NCBI GenBank assembly: GCA_013288555.1
Contig: JABDBQ010000003.1
Coordinates: forward strand, 10,945 to 74,944
From: Bacteroidota bacterium
GTDB taxonomy: Bacteria > Bacteroidota > Bacteroidia > CAILMK01
Length of the DNA stretch: 64,000 nt
Direction of reading: 5' to 3'
Part shown: one piece after another, positions 31,436 through 42,081 of the stretch
Position numbering within the stretch: position 1 is the stretch's first letter
Layout of the letters: every line of letters starts with the position of its first letter
Position numbers and translations under genes: made by a program
Notes under the pieces: generated by a model
Databases searched by the model: none
Told to the model about the DNA's origin: nothing
The model's input: only the letters and a program-made list of their open reading frames with translations

Positions 31436-32449
31436 ATGAGAAATTATTTTAAGCCTTTTTTGCATTATGTATTGATAATGGCATTATTATCTATTGCTTC
31501 CTTTGGATGTACTTCAAAAAAAACATCAAAAGTTACAGGAAACACGCTGGATTCTATTACCCACATCAGTGATCCATCGGCCCGTATTGTCGCCCTCGAT
31601 AAATACATTAAAACAACACCTGGCAATGCCAACCTTTATATGTTGAAATCGAAGGCATACAACGAAACCGGCAGCCTTGACAGCGCTATAAAATATGCTG
31701 ATAAAGCCATAAATAAAGATACAACACAAACTGCATGGTATTTTTATATGTCAGACCTGTTTATGGAAAAACCGGCTGTGAAAAGTGCCATTATGATCCT
31801 TGAAAGGCTTGCTGTAAGCCAGCCTTCTAATAAAGATGCTTACCTCAAAATAGGTGAAATACAAATAAAAAGCGGCGATTTTGATGAAAGTTTCAAAAAC
31901 CTGGAAGCAGCATTAAAACTGGACCGCAACAGTGCTGAAGCCAATTTCTGGATGGGTTATTATTATAGGGAAAAGAAAGAAAATGACAAAGCAATTATTG
32001 GATATCAAAAGGCCATTGAGTTGAAACCTGACTATGAAGAGGCTTATGTTATTCTTGGTGTATTATTCAGCGCCAAAAAAGACCCGAAGGCTTTGGATTA
32101 TTATTCCAGTGCCCTGAGACTCAACCCACATGACACCGCTGCCATTTATGATAAAGGAAAATATTACCAGGACATTGACAGTTTTGCAAGAGCTATAGAC
32201 GAGTATCAGAAAATACTGACCATGGATCCCAATAACCGTGATGCCAATTATGGAATTGCTTATTGCCTTTATGAATCAAAAAAATATGATGATGCCATAG
32301 GTTTCTTTTCAAAAGTTTTGTTGAAAAACCCATATGACGCTGCTGCCCACTATGGCAAAGGCCTCTGCTATAAAGCGATGGGCGAATCAGAAAAAGCGCG
32401 TAAAGAGATGAATATTGCTGACGGATTATATGCCAAAGAAAAGCAATAG
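31436..32449 (+). CDS. Tetratricopeptide-repeat lipoprotein
   Basis: 337 aa. Signal plus lipobox LSIASFGC and at least 6 TPR units (for example AYLKIGEIQIKSGDFDESFKNLEAALKLDRN, ANFWMGYYYREKKENDKAIIGYQKAIELKPD). Confidence 0.85.
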   Translation: MRNYFKPFLHYVLIMALLSIASFGCTSKKTSKVTGNTLDSITHISDPSARIVALDKYIKTTPGNANLYMLKSKAYNETGSLDSAIKYADKAINKDTTQTAWYFYMSDLFMEKPAVKSAIMILERLAVSQPSNKDAYLKIGEIQIKSGDFDESFKNLEAALKLDRNSAEANFWMGYYYREKKENDKAIIGYQKAIELKPDYEEAYVILGVLFSAKKDPKALDYYSSALRLNPHDTAAIYDKGKYYQDIDSFARAIDEYQKILTMDPNNRDANYGIAYCLYESKKYDDAIGFFSKVLLKNPYDAAAHYGKGLCYKAMGESEKARKEMNIADGLYAKEKQ

Positions 32450-32457
32450 GCCGTTTG

Positions 32458-32494
32458 AAAGTTGTCAATCCCGAAGATCGGGATTGTCAACTTT
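32458..32494. terminator. Bidirectional hairpin terminator between convergent genes
   Basis: 17-bp stem with one mismatch: aaagttgtcaatcccga-aga-tcgggattgtcaacttt. A/T runs at both bases; located between stop codons at 32449 (+) and 32498 (-). The core matches the cccga/tcggg hairpin family. Confidence 0.7.
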
Positions 32495-32497
32495 AAT

Positions 32498-33730
32498 TTA
32501 TTCGTACCTCAAAGCATCAATAGGATTTAATAAAGAAGCCTTCCTGGCTGGATAAAATCCAAAAAATATCCCGATTCCCGCAGCAGAAAGAAAAGCAACT
32601 ATAATGGATGCCGCACTAATGACGATAGGCCAGTGCATTACATTTTTAACAATCATGGCAATACCTATTCCGAGTGCAACGCCAATGATACCCCCAAGAA
32701 AACTAATGATAACAGCTTCAGTAAGGAACTGGAGGAGGATAATATTTCCTTTTGCACCCACAGCCATCCGTAAACCTATTTCGCGGGTTCTTTCTGTAAT
32801 AGAAACCAGCATGATATTCATGATGCCGATGCCACCTACGAGCAAGGATATACTGGCTATGATAAGCAATAGAACCGACATTACATTTGAAATGGCAGAA
32901 AATGCATTACTCAGATCAGCCTGTGTACGTATGGTAAAATCAGGGGCCACACCGGGTAGTACCTTATGTCTTTCACTCAATAACTCCGTAATTTCATCGG
33001 TTCCTGCTGTTACAAGATTGGCATCTTTGGCAGATGCGAGGATCTGGTTTACCCAGGTTATCGATAAAATGCGACGTTGAACGGTATAAAATGGCGCAAC
33101 AATACAGTCATCCTGGTCCTGGCCAAAGCTGTTTTGACCCTTGATTTCAAGTACTCCGACGATCTGAAAAGGAATATTTGTGATCCTGATAGACTGCCCG
33201 ATAATGCTATTGAGGTCGGCATTGGCACCCCAAAGGTTTTTTACAACTGTCTGGCCTATAAGGCAAACTTTTGCAGCGCTTTTGTTTTCAGAATTCGTAA
33301 AAATATCCCCTGCAACAGTATGAAGGTTTTTAATCGGGAAATAATCGGTTGTAGCACCATAAATAGTTGTTCTCCAGTTTTGTCCGTTTGCCAATACCTG
33401 CGAACTGCTCCTGACAATCGGACAAGAATAAGGCACAGAAGGACAGTTGACAGGGATGGCCTCCGCATCAGCATAGGTGAGGTTTTGTGAAGCGCCGGCA
33501 CCCGCTGCAACACCGCCATAGCTGTTGGAAGCCGGGAAAATAATGATCATATTGGTTCCCAAGTTGTTTACCTGTGATTCAATACTTTGCTTTGATCCGG
33601 AACCTATCCCCATCATGGCTACTACAGAAGCAACCCCGATAATAATACCCAATGCAGTGAGAAGGGTACGGAGCAGGTTTTTTCGCAAGGCAAGCAGCGA
33701 AATCCTTAATATATTTTTAATTATACCCAT
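32498..33730 (-). CDS. MacB-type ABC transporter permease (FtsX domain with periplasmic MacB_PCD)
   Basis: 410 aa. N-terminal TM, about 220-aa periplasmic domain, C-terminal FtsX region ERTREIGLRMAVGAKGNIILLQFLTEA. Confidence 0.9.
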   Translation of the reverse strand: MGIIKNILRISLLALRKNLLRTLLTALGIIIGVASVVAMMGIGSGSKQSIESQVNNLGTNMIIIFPASNSYGGVAAGAGASQNLTYADAEAIPVNCPSVPYSCPIVRSSSQVLANGQNWRTTIYGATTDYFPIKNLHTVAGDIFTNSENKSAAKVCLIGQTVVKNLWGANADLNSIIGQSIRITNIPFQIVGVLEIKGQNSFGQDQDDCIVAPFYTVQRRILSITWVNQILASAKDANLVTAGTDEITELLSERHKVLPGVAPDFTIRTQADLSNAFSAISNVMSVLLLIIASISLLVGGIGIMNIMLVSITERTREIGLRMAVGAKGNIILLQFLTEAVIISFLGGIIGVALGIGIAMIVKNVMHWPIVISAASIIVAFLSAAGIGIFFGFYPARKASLLNPIDALRYE

Positions 33731-34536
33731 TATGATGCTTCATTTTCTGTTTCAACGGCTGTTTCAATTTTCTGCAATGCCTCCGGGTTATTGTCGATAT
33801 CATCCGCCGGGGGCAGTTTTGCCAGTTCTTCTATCGCGTTTTTTCGGCCTGTCACGGGTGAATCATCAATGATCTTTCCGTCTCTGAATACCACTCTGCG
33901 GGTAGCAAACTGGGCAATATCAGGCTCATGGGTCACCAAAACTATCGTAATTCCGTTGGCATTCAGCTTCTGAAAAATATCAATGACTTCAAAACTTGTC
34001 CTGGAATCCAGGTTTCCTGTAGGTTCGTCGGCAAAAATAATGACTGGGTCATTGACAAGAGCCCTCGCAATAGCTACCCGTTGCTGTTGCCCTCCTGATA
34101 ACTGGTTTGGCATATTTTTCATCCTGGTGGCAAGTCCGACTGAGGTCAATGCTTTCACAGCCCGTTCATGACGTTCCTGTGCATTGGTCTTGCGGTTGTA
34201 TAGCAATGGCAGTTCCACATTTTCAAGAGCAGATGTCCTTGATAGCAGGTTAAATGACTGGAAAACAAATCCGATTTTTTTATTTCGAACTTCGGCCAGT
34301 TGATTCCTGGTGCTTTTACTCACATCCATTCCATCAAGGGTATAAGATCCAGATGTGGGCTGATCAAGACAGCCTAATATATTCATCAGGGTTGATTTTC
34401 CCGAGCCGCTGGTACCCATTATGGCTACAAATTCTCCTTCATAGATATCCAGATCTATACCCCTGAGCGCGTAAACCTTTACGTCACCCATGGTATATAT
34501 CTTCTCCAGGTTTTTGACCGATATTACAGTCTTCAT
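33730..34536 (-). CDS. ABC transporter ATP-binding protein (MacB/LolD-type ATPase)
   Basis: Walker A GTSGSGKST, signature LSGGQQQRVAIARAL, Walker B IIFADEPTGNLD. The ORF opens at 34593, but MKTVISVKNL at 34536 avoids overlap with the MFP gene. Acidic extension of about 45 aa at the C-terminus. Confidence 0.9.
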   Translation of the reverse strand: MKTVISVKNLEKIYTMGDVKVYALRGIDLDIYEGEFVAIMGTSGSGKSTLMNILGCLDQPTSGSYTLDGMDVSKSTRNQLAEVRNKKIGFVFQSFNLLSRTSALENVELPLLYNRKTNAQERHERAVKALTSVGLATRMKNMPNQLSGGQQQRVAIARALVNDPVIIFADEPTGNLDSRTSFEVIDIFQKLNANGITIVLVTHEPDIAQFATRRVVFRDGKIIDDSPVTGRKNAIEELAKLPPADDIDNNPEALQKIETAVETENEAS

Positions 34537-34546
34537 TTCATTTTTA

Positions 34547-35779
34547 TCATTTGCCTTTCCCTCCACTGCCTCTTCCGCCAAAACTTGGAGCAAACGGACT
34601 TTTTACGGTTGCCGCATCGGGATTTCCGGCAGAACTTATATCCGTAACCACCAGGTCGCCTTCCTTTATATCGCCCGATACCTCAGTCTGGGTACCATTG
34701 CTGATACCCACAGTAACCTTCAACTCTTTCAAACTATCTCCGGCAATGATCCATACATGACCGGATTTTTTTGCCGGAATAGTATCAGGTCCTGCTGTAT
34801 AGACTGTTTTTGACGATTCCTGACCCTTATTTTTAAAATCTCCCGTTTTTTTCTGTTTTACATAGCCGGGCGGGTTAAATGTCAACGCCTTGGCCGGTAT
34901 CTGTAATACATCTTTATGCGACTGAACCTGGAACGTGATATTTGCAGTCATTCCCGGAAGCAGTTTTAAATCCGGATTCGGCACTTCAATAATTACAGTA
35001 TAGTTTACCACATTATTGGTAACGGTAGGCTGCAATCTGAGCTGTGTTACTTTTCCATAAAATTTCCTATTGGGATAGGCATCAACATAAAACAGCGCAT
35101 CTTGTCCCATAAATACCTGGCCAATATCGGTTTCATCAACCGCAGCCTGTACCTGCATTTTTGTCAGGTCGTTTCCGATCATAAACAGCGTTGGAGTTGT
35201 GAAACTGGCTGCAACGGTCTGACCTATATCAACATTACGCGAAACAACTGTCCCGCTTATTGGTGCTTTAATAAAAGCATATTTAAAACTGGTGATGGCC
35301 TTATCCAGCTGGGCTCTCGCAGATAAACGGTCGGCCAAAGCGGATTTGTAATTGGCTTGCGCGAGTTCAAGATCAGCCTGGGCGGCCGCTTTTCCCTTGA
35401 GTAATTCCTGGGTTCGTTCATAAGCTTTTTGCGTTTGGAAAACAGTTGCTTCTGTCTTGGCCAATGTTGCCCGTGCATCATTTTCAGCCTCTTTTAAAGG
35501 AACAGTATCAATCAATGCCAGGAGTTGTCCTTTTTTTACTTTGTAATTAAAATCAACAAAAATCCTGGAAATAATACCGGAAACCTGAGTACCTACTGCA
35601 ATATCAGAATCCGGGTTTAACAATCCGGTTGACGTAACAGTAACGTTCAGGTCTCCTTTGATAACTTTACTGGTCAGGTAAGATGTCGCCGCTGTTTTTG
35701 CCGGACGTTTAAAATAATAAATCGTTCCTGCAGCCACAAGTACCAGTATTATTGACCAGATGATGATTTTTCTCTTCAT
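34547..35779 (-). CDS. Efflux periplasmic adaptor (membrane fusion protein, MacA/HlyD family)
   Basis: 410 aa. N-terminal anchor, biotinyl-lipoyl-like GQLLALID, coiled-coil hairpin, beta-barrel, Gly-rich tail. Confidence 0.9.
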   Translation of the reverse strand: MKRKIIIWSIILVLVAAGTIYYFKRPAKTAATSYLTSKVIKGDLNVTVTSTGLLNPDSDIAVGTQVSGIISRIFVDFNYKVKKGQLLALIDTVPLKEAENDARATLAKTEATVFQTQKAYERTQELLKGKAAAQADLELAQANYKSALADRLSARAQLDKAITSFKYAFIKAPISGTVVSRNVDIGQTVAASFTTPTLFMIGNDLTKMQVQAAVDETDIGQVFMGQDALFYVDAYPNRKFYGKVTQLRLQPTVTNNVVNYTVIIEVPNPDLKLLPGMTANITFQVQSHKDVLQIPAKALTFNPPGYVKQKKTGDFKNKGQESSKTVYTAGPDTIPAKKSGHVWIIAGDSLKELKVTVGISNGTQTEVSGDIKEGDLVVTDISSAGNPDAATVKSPFAPSFGGRGSGGKGK

Positions 35780-35787
35780 GTTTCCTT

Positions 35788-37212
35788 TTATAGTGTTATG
35801 GGTTTACCTCTGTAAAAATCCAGAACTTTTTGTTTGAAAATATAATTGTACTTAGCCTGGGCCACTTGCGATTCGGCCGCAACAAATTTGTTTTGCTCTA
35901 AAATAAGATCACTTGCATTGGCGGATCCACTTTTATATTTCACTTTCATGACATCATAGGCCTCAGTTTCGGTTCGCAGAGCCTCCATAGTTGACGCATA
36001 TTGCTTGCTAGCTCCAAAATAGCCCGTATAAGTTTGCTCTATAGTTTGCCTGAACTGTTGCTTTGTGTAGTCATCATTCAGTTTGGCAATGTCTTTATTA
36101 ATGATGGCCTGCTGAACATTCGCCCTTATGGTATAATTGTTAAATATGGGAACAACCAACGAAAAAGTAAATCCTTCTCCGATATTATCACTTATCTGTT
36201 TTGGGAAATAATACGTGCCCGTCCTGGGTTCCTCTGTATAAACCAGCGAAGATGGGTTGCTTTGAAGAAAGCCAATCTCTACCGGCTCATATAAACCATT
36301 CGGCTCGGTTCTGCTGCTGGAATAATTGGTGGATATGCTGCTGTTTAATAATAGCTTTGGATAAGCGGTCCCTTTGGCAATATCAATCCCATAATTAGCT
36401 CCTGCCAGCTTCATTTCTGTGCTTTTTACCTGCGGCTGGCTTTCTACGCTCTGATCATAAATCAAAGATGAAGGGAGCGAATCAATATGCACCGGAGGAT
36501 CTGCTAATGTAGGTTTGTCGATATCAAAACCTGCTGAAGCCGGTTTATTCATCAATTGCTCAAGAGTTAATTTATCAAGAGCAAGTTGGTTTTGACTATT
36601 GGTAAGGGTAAGCTGATCAGCTGCCAATTGCGATTGAACCTGGTACAAATTCAGTTCGGGAACTGAACCGGCAGTAACCATGACGTTGGTAATGTCAATT
36701 TGTTTTTTATCCGTTTCAATGCTGCTTTGTGCAATACTGATAAGTTGATAATCAAGCAAAACCTGTAGATAAGCATTGGCAACACTAATGGTTATGGTGT
36801 TTTTGTATGTTTCTACATCCATATTGCCGGCTTCGTACAGGATTTTATCCTGCTTAATGGTATTTACCAACTGATTGCCTTCAAACAAAACAAGCGAACT
36901 GGAGAGAGAAAAGGCATTGGTAAGAATATTCTGATTTACGTATTGATAGGTAACAGGGTTCAGTGATTTTCCAAAACTAAAACCCTGGTTTGCATTACCA
37001 TTCAATGAAGGATATTGTGCGTTCCTGGCCAGATCAAGGTTTACCTGGTTCAGGTCCGCGCTCCGCTTTGTGATATTTAACTGTATATTTTTAGTAATCG
37101 CCTCATTGATGCACTGTGGCAACGTCAAACCCGAAGATTGTGCTGTGGCCAAATCAGGAATTGAAAAAGTTATTAAAAAGAGAATGTACAGGCTGAATCG
37201 TTTTATCTTCAT
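35788..37212 (-). CDS. TolC-family outer-membrane efflux protein
   Basis: 474 aa. Signal peptide and two OEP repeats with coiled segments; first gene of a four-gene efflux operon. Confidence 0.88.
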   Translation of the reverse strand: MKIKRFSLYILFLITFSIPDLATAQSSGLTLPQCINEAITKNIQLNITKRSADLNQVNLDLARNAQYPSLNGNANQGFSFGKSLNPVTYQYVNQNILTNAFSLSSSLVLFEGNQLVNTIKQDKILYEAGNMDVETYKNTITISVANAYLQVLLDYQLISIAQSSIETDKKQIDITNVMVTAGSVPELNLYQVQSQLAADQLTLTNSQNQLALDKLTLEQLMNKPASAGFDIDKPTLADPPVHIDSLPSSLIYDQSVESQPQVKSTEMKLAGANYGIDIAKGTAYPKLLLNSSISTNYSSSRTEPNGLYEPVEIGFLQSNPSSLVYTEEPRTGTYYFPKQISDNIGEGFTFSLVVPIFNNYTIRANVQQAIINKDIAKLNDDYTKQQFRQTIEQTYTGYFGASKQYASTMEALRTETEAYDVMKVKYKSGSANASDLILEQNKFVAAESQVAQAKYNYIFKQKVLDFYRGKPITL

Positions 37213-37556
37213 AGTTGACCTTTCTAAGATCTGTTTGAAATTACCTTGATTGATACAAGGCTATGACGTGTTCCCGGATGATATATTTTATAAAAATTCG
37301 GTGCAAAATTAGGCAAACAATGCACAAGTGGGTCAGATAATGATTTAACATCCTATATCTCTAATATGTTTAAATGAACGCATATAAATGTGTTCCAAAT
37401 GAATACGCAGGTTTAAGCTAAAATAATGCCATCAATGGTTAATAATTTGTTAAAGGATATATACGCTAACAACCTCGGAATCTAAAATTCTTAGGCCATT
37501 TCTAAAATGGATTATTTATTTTTGACATTCCTAATTTATTAATCTTAATCAAAAAA

Positions 37557-38849
37557 ATGAAAAAACCTAACATTATCAAATTGTTAATTTGCATTGTTAT
37601 AGCTTCTTTACCTTTTGGCAGTAAGGCTAAATGTATCACCTCCTGGGAATACTATCAACCGGTTACAGTTTCCAACAACACCTCAACTGCGTTAAGCAAA
37701 TACCAGGTTAAAGTTGTTGTAAATACTTCTATTCTGATTAGTGCAGGAAAAATGATCAGCACTGGTGATGATATTAGGTTTGTTGATCCTACCACGTGTA
37801 GTAATCTGAATTACTGGATTGAGAGTGGAATCAATTCATCTACAACTATAATCTGGGTAAAACTTGCATCTCTTGCTGCGAATGGCAATGAGGTCATTAA
37901 TATGTATTATGGCAATCCATCAGCTACTGCCGCAAGCAATGGTGACAGTACCTTTATCATATTTGATGATTTTAATGCCAGCTCTTTAAATACCTCTAAA
38001 TGGACGGCTGCCACATCAGGGTCAAATGCTTCTGTGAGCCTTTCAGGGGGAACCCTTGTTTGTTCTACATCCGGAGAAGCCAATATTCACTCCAAATCTG
38101 CTTTTCCAAGCCCCCTGATTGAAGAAGCCAATATATCTGCTGTATCCGGAAGCTTTGAAAGTATGGCCATTCTTAATGCCAATTCAGACGACGGTTATGG
38201 AATGTGGATGGCGGATTATAATTATTCTGACGGGACGAACTCTGGACCTAACACCATGTGGACAGGATGGATATTTACGCCTAATAACCCTCAATGTGTA
38301 TATTATACTGGTCATTTCACTGATTCTACTTCAAAACCCGGCACACTTACCGGGATATGGAAGTTAGAATGGCCAACTTCAAATATCCAGTATATGAATT
38401 GGCCGGGCGGAAGTTTTACTACTACCAATACCCAATGGACGTTAAGTAGCAATGTTCAGATTGCTATCGGCAATTTGTGTGGCGCTACCGGAAGCATATC
38501 TGTTGACTGGATCAGGGCAAGAAGTTATTCATCGACAGAACCCACAATATCCGAAGGCCAGGAAGTTATCAATCACAACAGCAGTATTGATAATCAGAAT
38601 CCTGTTTATCATATCTCAATCTATCCTAACCCTGTGCGTGATATGTTAAACATAGATTTTTCAAATTCAAATTTGCATTTCAAAAACCTCCAATGGGTGG
38701 ATGAGAATGGCAAACTTATTCGAACTGTAAATATAGAGGGCCAAACAGGGATTATAGAATTGAGTACCAGTGGTATCGCAAAAGGCATATATTTTATTAA
38801 ACTTAGCGGAGATGGAGAAACTGTGGTACAAAAGGTTACCCTTGAATAA
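37557..38849 (+). CDS. Secreted DUF2341/LamG-like protein with T9SS C-terminal sorting domain
   Basis: 430 aa. Signal peptide; DUF2341-like YYQPVTVSNNTS...DDIRFVD...LNYWIES...IWVKL...INMYYGN. C-terminus YPNPVRDMLNIDF...GIYFIKL...QKVTLE is a type-A T9SS CTD. Confidence 0.7.
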   Translation: MKKPNIIKLLICIVIASLPFGSKAKCITSWEYYQPVTVSNNTSTALSKYQVKVVVNTSILISAGKMISTGDDIRFVDPTTCSNLNYWIESGINSSTTIIWVKLASLAANGNEVINMYYGNPSATAASNGDSTFIIFDDFNASSLNTSKWTAATSGSNASVSLSGGTLVCSTSGEANIHSKSAFPSPLIEEANISAVSGSFESMAILNANSDDGYGMWMADYNYSDGTNSGPNTMWTGWIFTPNNPQCVYYTGHFTDSTSKPGTLTGIWKLEWPTSNIQYMNWPGGSFTTTNTQWTLSSNVQIAIGNLCGATGSISVDWIRARSYSSTEPTISEGQEVINHNSSIDNQNPVYHISIYPNPVRDMLNIDFSNSNLHFKNLQWVDENGKLIRTVNIEGQTGIIELSTSGIAKGIYFIKLSGDGETVVQKVTLE

Positions 38850-38882
38850 ATACCTTTGAAAACATTAACATCAATAAAGCTT

Positions 38883-39356
38883 ATGGATTCTAACGAAAGG
38901 CAAGCCAAAATAGAAAAATACGGGAATGACTATGCTGAACTCTCAGCAGTCATGAAAACTTTAACTAAAGAGCAGATCAATTTTAAACCTGCCCCAGACA
39001 AATGGTCAGCCCATGAGATCATCGTACATATTGCCGATGCAGAAGCCAACTCCTATGTACGTATGCGTAAGGCACTTGCCGAGCCTGGAACCATGATTTT
39101 TGCTTATGACCAGGACAAATGGGCTTCTACCTTGAATTATGCCGGCAGCGAATATGCAGATTACCTGGAATTGTTCCGTCTGCTCAGGAAATTAACTTAT
39201 GAGATGGTGAAAAATATGTCTGAATCGGACTGGGAAAAACAATACAACCACTCTGAATACGGGCTCGTTGGATTGGATAGATGGCTGGATATTTATGTGG
39301 CCCATATTTCGGGGCATATTGCACAGATAAAGCGAAATATCGCTCAGATGAACTGA
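38883..39356 (+). CDS. DinB-family (four-helix-bundle metalloenzyme-like) protein
   Basis: His triad context WSAHEIIVHIADAE ... YVAHISGHIAQI. ATG at 38883 is preferred over TTG at 38856. Confidence 0.8.
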   Translation: MDSNERQAKIEKYGNDYAELSAVMKTLTKEQINFKPAPDKWSAHEIIVHIADAEANSYVRMRKALAEPGTMIFAYDQDKWASTLNYAGSEYADYLELFRLLRKLTYEMVKNMSESDWEKQYNHSEYGLVGLDRWLDIYVAHISGHIAQIKRNIAQMN

Positions 39357-39365
39357 TAAAAAAAC

Positions 39366-40103
39366 CTAAAGTACCTTCTTCCTTTTAAACTCGAAATTCT
39401 GGCCTAAATAAACTTTCCTTACCTGTTCGTCTTCAGCAAGTTCTTCGGCAGTACCTGATTTGAGTAGCTTTCCTTCAAAAAGCAAATAGGCTCTGTCGGT
39501 AATAGTGAGGGTTTCCTGCACATTATGATCGGTAATAAGGATACCAATATTGCGATGGCGCAACTGGGCCACTATGGTTTGTATATCTTCTACAGCAATA
39601 GGATCTACACCTGCAAAAGGCTCGTCAAGAAGAATAAATTTCGGGTTGGTAGCCAGAGACCTTGCAATTTCTGTTCTTCTTCTTTCACCTCCCGAAAGCA
39701 GGTCACCTCTACTCTTTCGGACTTTAGACAGGCCAAATTCATCAATAAGGCTTTCCAGTTTGTCTTTCTGCTCTTCTTTGGTCAGTTGGGTCATTTCAAG
39801 AACTGCTTTGATATTATCTTCAACAGATAATTTGCGAAAAACGGAAGCCTCCTGGGGCAAGTAGCCAATCCCATTCTGTGCCCTGCGGTACATAGGCAGT
39901 TTGGTAATATCTTCATCATCCAGGAAAATGCGACCTTCGTCGGGTCTGATAAATCCTACGATCATATAGAAGGTAGTCGTTTTGCCGGCCCCATTGGGTC
40001 CCAAAAGACCAACGATTTCACCTTGTTCCACATGTACTGATACGTGGTCAACAACTCTGCGGCTGCGGTATGCTTTTACTAATGATTCTGATTTAAGGAG
40101 CAT
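39366..40103 (-). CDS. lptB: LPS export ABC transporter ATP-binding protein LptB
   Basis: 245 aa. [37 protein letters not shown], and the LptB-typical C-terminal VRKVYLG. Confidence 0.93.
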   Translation of the reverse strand: MLLKSESLVKAYRSRRVVDHVSVHVEQGEIVGLLGPNGAGKTTTFYMIVGFIRPDEGRIFLDDEDITKLPMYRRAQNGIGYLPQEASVFRKLSVEDNIKAVLEMTQLTKEEQKDKLESLIDEFGLSKVRKSRGDLLSGGERRRTEIARSLATNPKFILLDEPFAGVDPIAVEDIQTIVAQLRHRNIGILITDHNVQETLTITDRAYLLFEGKLLKSGTAEELAEDEQVRKVYLGQNFEFKRKKVL

Positions 40104-40111
40104 AGAATTAT

Positions 40112-41872
40112 TTACTGTGCTGGTAAATGGGTGAATTGATGAACTTCCGGTACATTTTGTTCCTGAGCCTCCGGGAAGTGAATATCTTTAATATTTATGG
40201 AGACAATGTAATCCCCTTTATATTCATTTGGTTCTATAGTATAGCAGATATCAAATCGCGATGATTTCAGCATTTCTTCATAAAAATGGCCAAGCCCGAA
40301 TGCTATTCCTTTGTAGAGTTTCCCTTCACCGGAACGTAACGACAACTGAAGGTGATTATTGCCAACCAATTTGGGCTTATAATAATTGGTAAGTCCATGG
40401 CTTACAAAAACAGGCTTCATACTTTCCGGACCAAAGGGGCCAAAACGCTCTATGCTTCTACAAAAAGTAGCTGTCACATCATCAATATCTATTTCCAGAT
40501 CATATTCCAATATAGGTGTCAGCATTTCTTTGGTGATGGATTTACTGACAGATTCTTCGAATTTTTCTGCAAATTTCTCAATATTATCCAGGCTCAGCGA
40601 TAAACCCGCAGCCGCTTGATGGCCACCCCATTGCTCCAGGTATTCTTCACATTCTTTAATAGCGTCGTAAAGATTAAAACCCGGCACGCTTCGTCCGGAT
40701 CCCACAGCCATTCCATTCGATTCTGTGAGCAATATTGTAGGCCGGTAATATTTTTCTATCAAACGTGACGCAACGATGCCGATGACGCCTTTGTGCCAGT
40801 TTTTATTAAAAAGCACGGTTGTTTTCCGGGTTTCATTCTCATCCAGTTGTTCTATCATCTCCAGAGCTTCTTTGGTAATTGTAGAATCAACGGATTGACG
40901 ATCTGTATTATTCTGATTAATCCGTTCGGCCAGTTTCACGGCGTTCTCATAGCTTTCTTCTATAAGCATCTCTACAGCCAGCGTTCCGCTGGCAATACGA
41001 CCTGCAGCGTTAATCCTTGGACCGATCCGGAACACCAGGTCATTAACTGTCATTTTTGATTTTACGCCTGCCAGTTCTATTAATGCTTTATAACCCGGTC
41101 TCGGATTTGTATTTATTTTAAGCAGACCGAAATAAGTTAAAATCCGGTTTTCGCCTGTCATGTGCACGATGTCTGCAGCATTGCTCACAGCCACCAGACC
41201 CAGATATTCATCCGGGTCCCAGGTTATTTCATATTTTTCAGCATATGCGCTGATGAGTTTATAACCAATACCACAACCTGACAATTCCTTGTATGGATAT
41301 TCACAATCCAATCGCTTGGGGTTTAGAACAGCTGCCGCAGGAGGTATCATATCTCCAGGCATGTGGTGGTCGCAAATTACAAATTCTATCCCTTTATCGC
41401 GGGCATATTCCACTTTGCCAACTGACTTAATCCCGCAATCCAGCGCAATGATAATGGATGCTCCGTTTTCAGCAGCCCAATCAATTCCCTTGGATGATAT
41501 GCCATATCCTTCTAAAAACCGATCCGGGATATAGTATAGCAAATTGGAATAAATCTTTGAAAAAAACGAATACACAAGGGCCACTGCGGTAGTACCATCT
41601 ACATCATAATCCCCATAAACCACAATTTTCTTATTGTTTCCAATGGCCTCATGAATCAAAGTCACCGCCTTATCCATGTCCTTCATCAGGAATGGAGAAT
41701 GCAGATCATCGATAGATGGCATGAAATAAGATTTTGCCTCACTGAAAGACGTAATATTCCGCTGGGCAATCAGCTTGAGAAGAATATCCCCCGTCTGGAT
41801 CTGAGATTTCAGGCTCTGATATATCTCCTCGTCAGGGGCAGGTTTTGCCACCCAGCTTTTATTTGCAATCAT
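40112..41872 (-). CDS. recJ: Single-stranded-DNA-specific exonuclease RecJ
   Basis: 586 aa. DHH motifs [27 protein letters not shown]; DHHA1 GGHQAAAG. Confidence 0.93.
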   Translation of the reverse strand: MIANKSWVAKPAPDEEIYQSLKSQIQTGDILLKLIAQRNITSFSEAKSYFMPSIDDLHSPFLMKDMDKAVTLIHEAIGNNKKIVVYGDYDVDGTTAVALVYSFFSKIYSNLLYYIPDRFLEGYGISSKGIDWAAENGASIIIALDCGIKSVGKVEYARDKGIEFVICDHHMPGDMIPPAAAVLNPKRLDCEYPYKELSGCGIGYKLISAYAEKYEITWDPDEYLGLVAVSNAADIVHMTGENRILTYFGLLKINTNPRPGYKALIELAGVKSKMTVNDLVFRIGPRINAAGRIASGTLAVEMLIEESYENAVKLAERINQNNTDRQSVDSTITKEALEMIEQLDENETRKTTVLFNKNWHKGVIGIVASRLIEKYYRPTILLTESNGMAVGSGRSVPGFNLYDAIKECEEYLEQWGGHQAAAGLSLSLDNIEKFAEKFEESVSKSITKEMLTPILEYDLEIDIDDVTATFCRSIERFGPFGPESMKPVFVSHGLTNYYKPKLVGNNHLQLSLRSGEGKLYKGIAFGLGHFYEEMLKSSRFDICYTIEPNEYKGDYIVSINIKDIHFPEAQEQNVPEVHQFTHLPAQ

Positions 41873-42069
41873 TTATAATTTCAAATTCAGGTTTAAGGTT
41901 CAATACCCCAATCAGTTTTTAAATTTCCAAATCAATAATCTTTTGGGAAATCGAGAATTAAACTTTAACTTATCCCAGAATGCATGATAAATAAAACCTA
42001 ATCCTGCTTCAAAAATCGGCAATTTATGATTAATAACAACTTAAAATGGAAATTCACAAGATGCATTCA

Positions 42070-42077
42070 TAAGTTTG
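42070..42077 (+). promoter_or_regulatory. Candidate Bacteroidota -7 box (TAAGTTTG) for fmt
   Basis: Exact TAnnTTTG match ending 4 nt before the fmt ATG. No clear -33 TTG seen. Confidence 0.3.
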
Positions 42078-42081
42078 TACT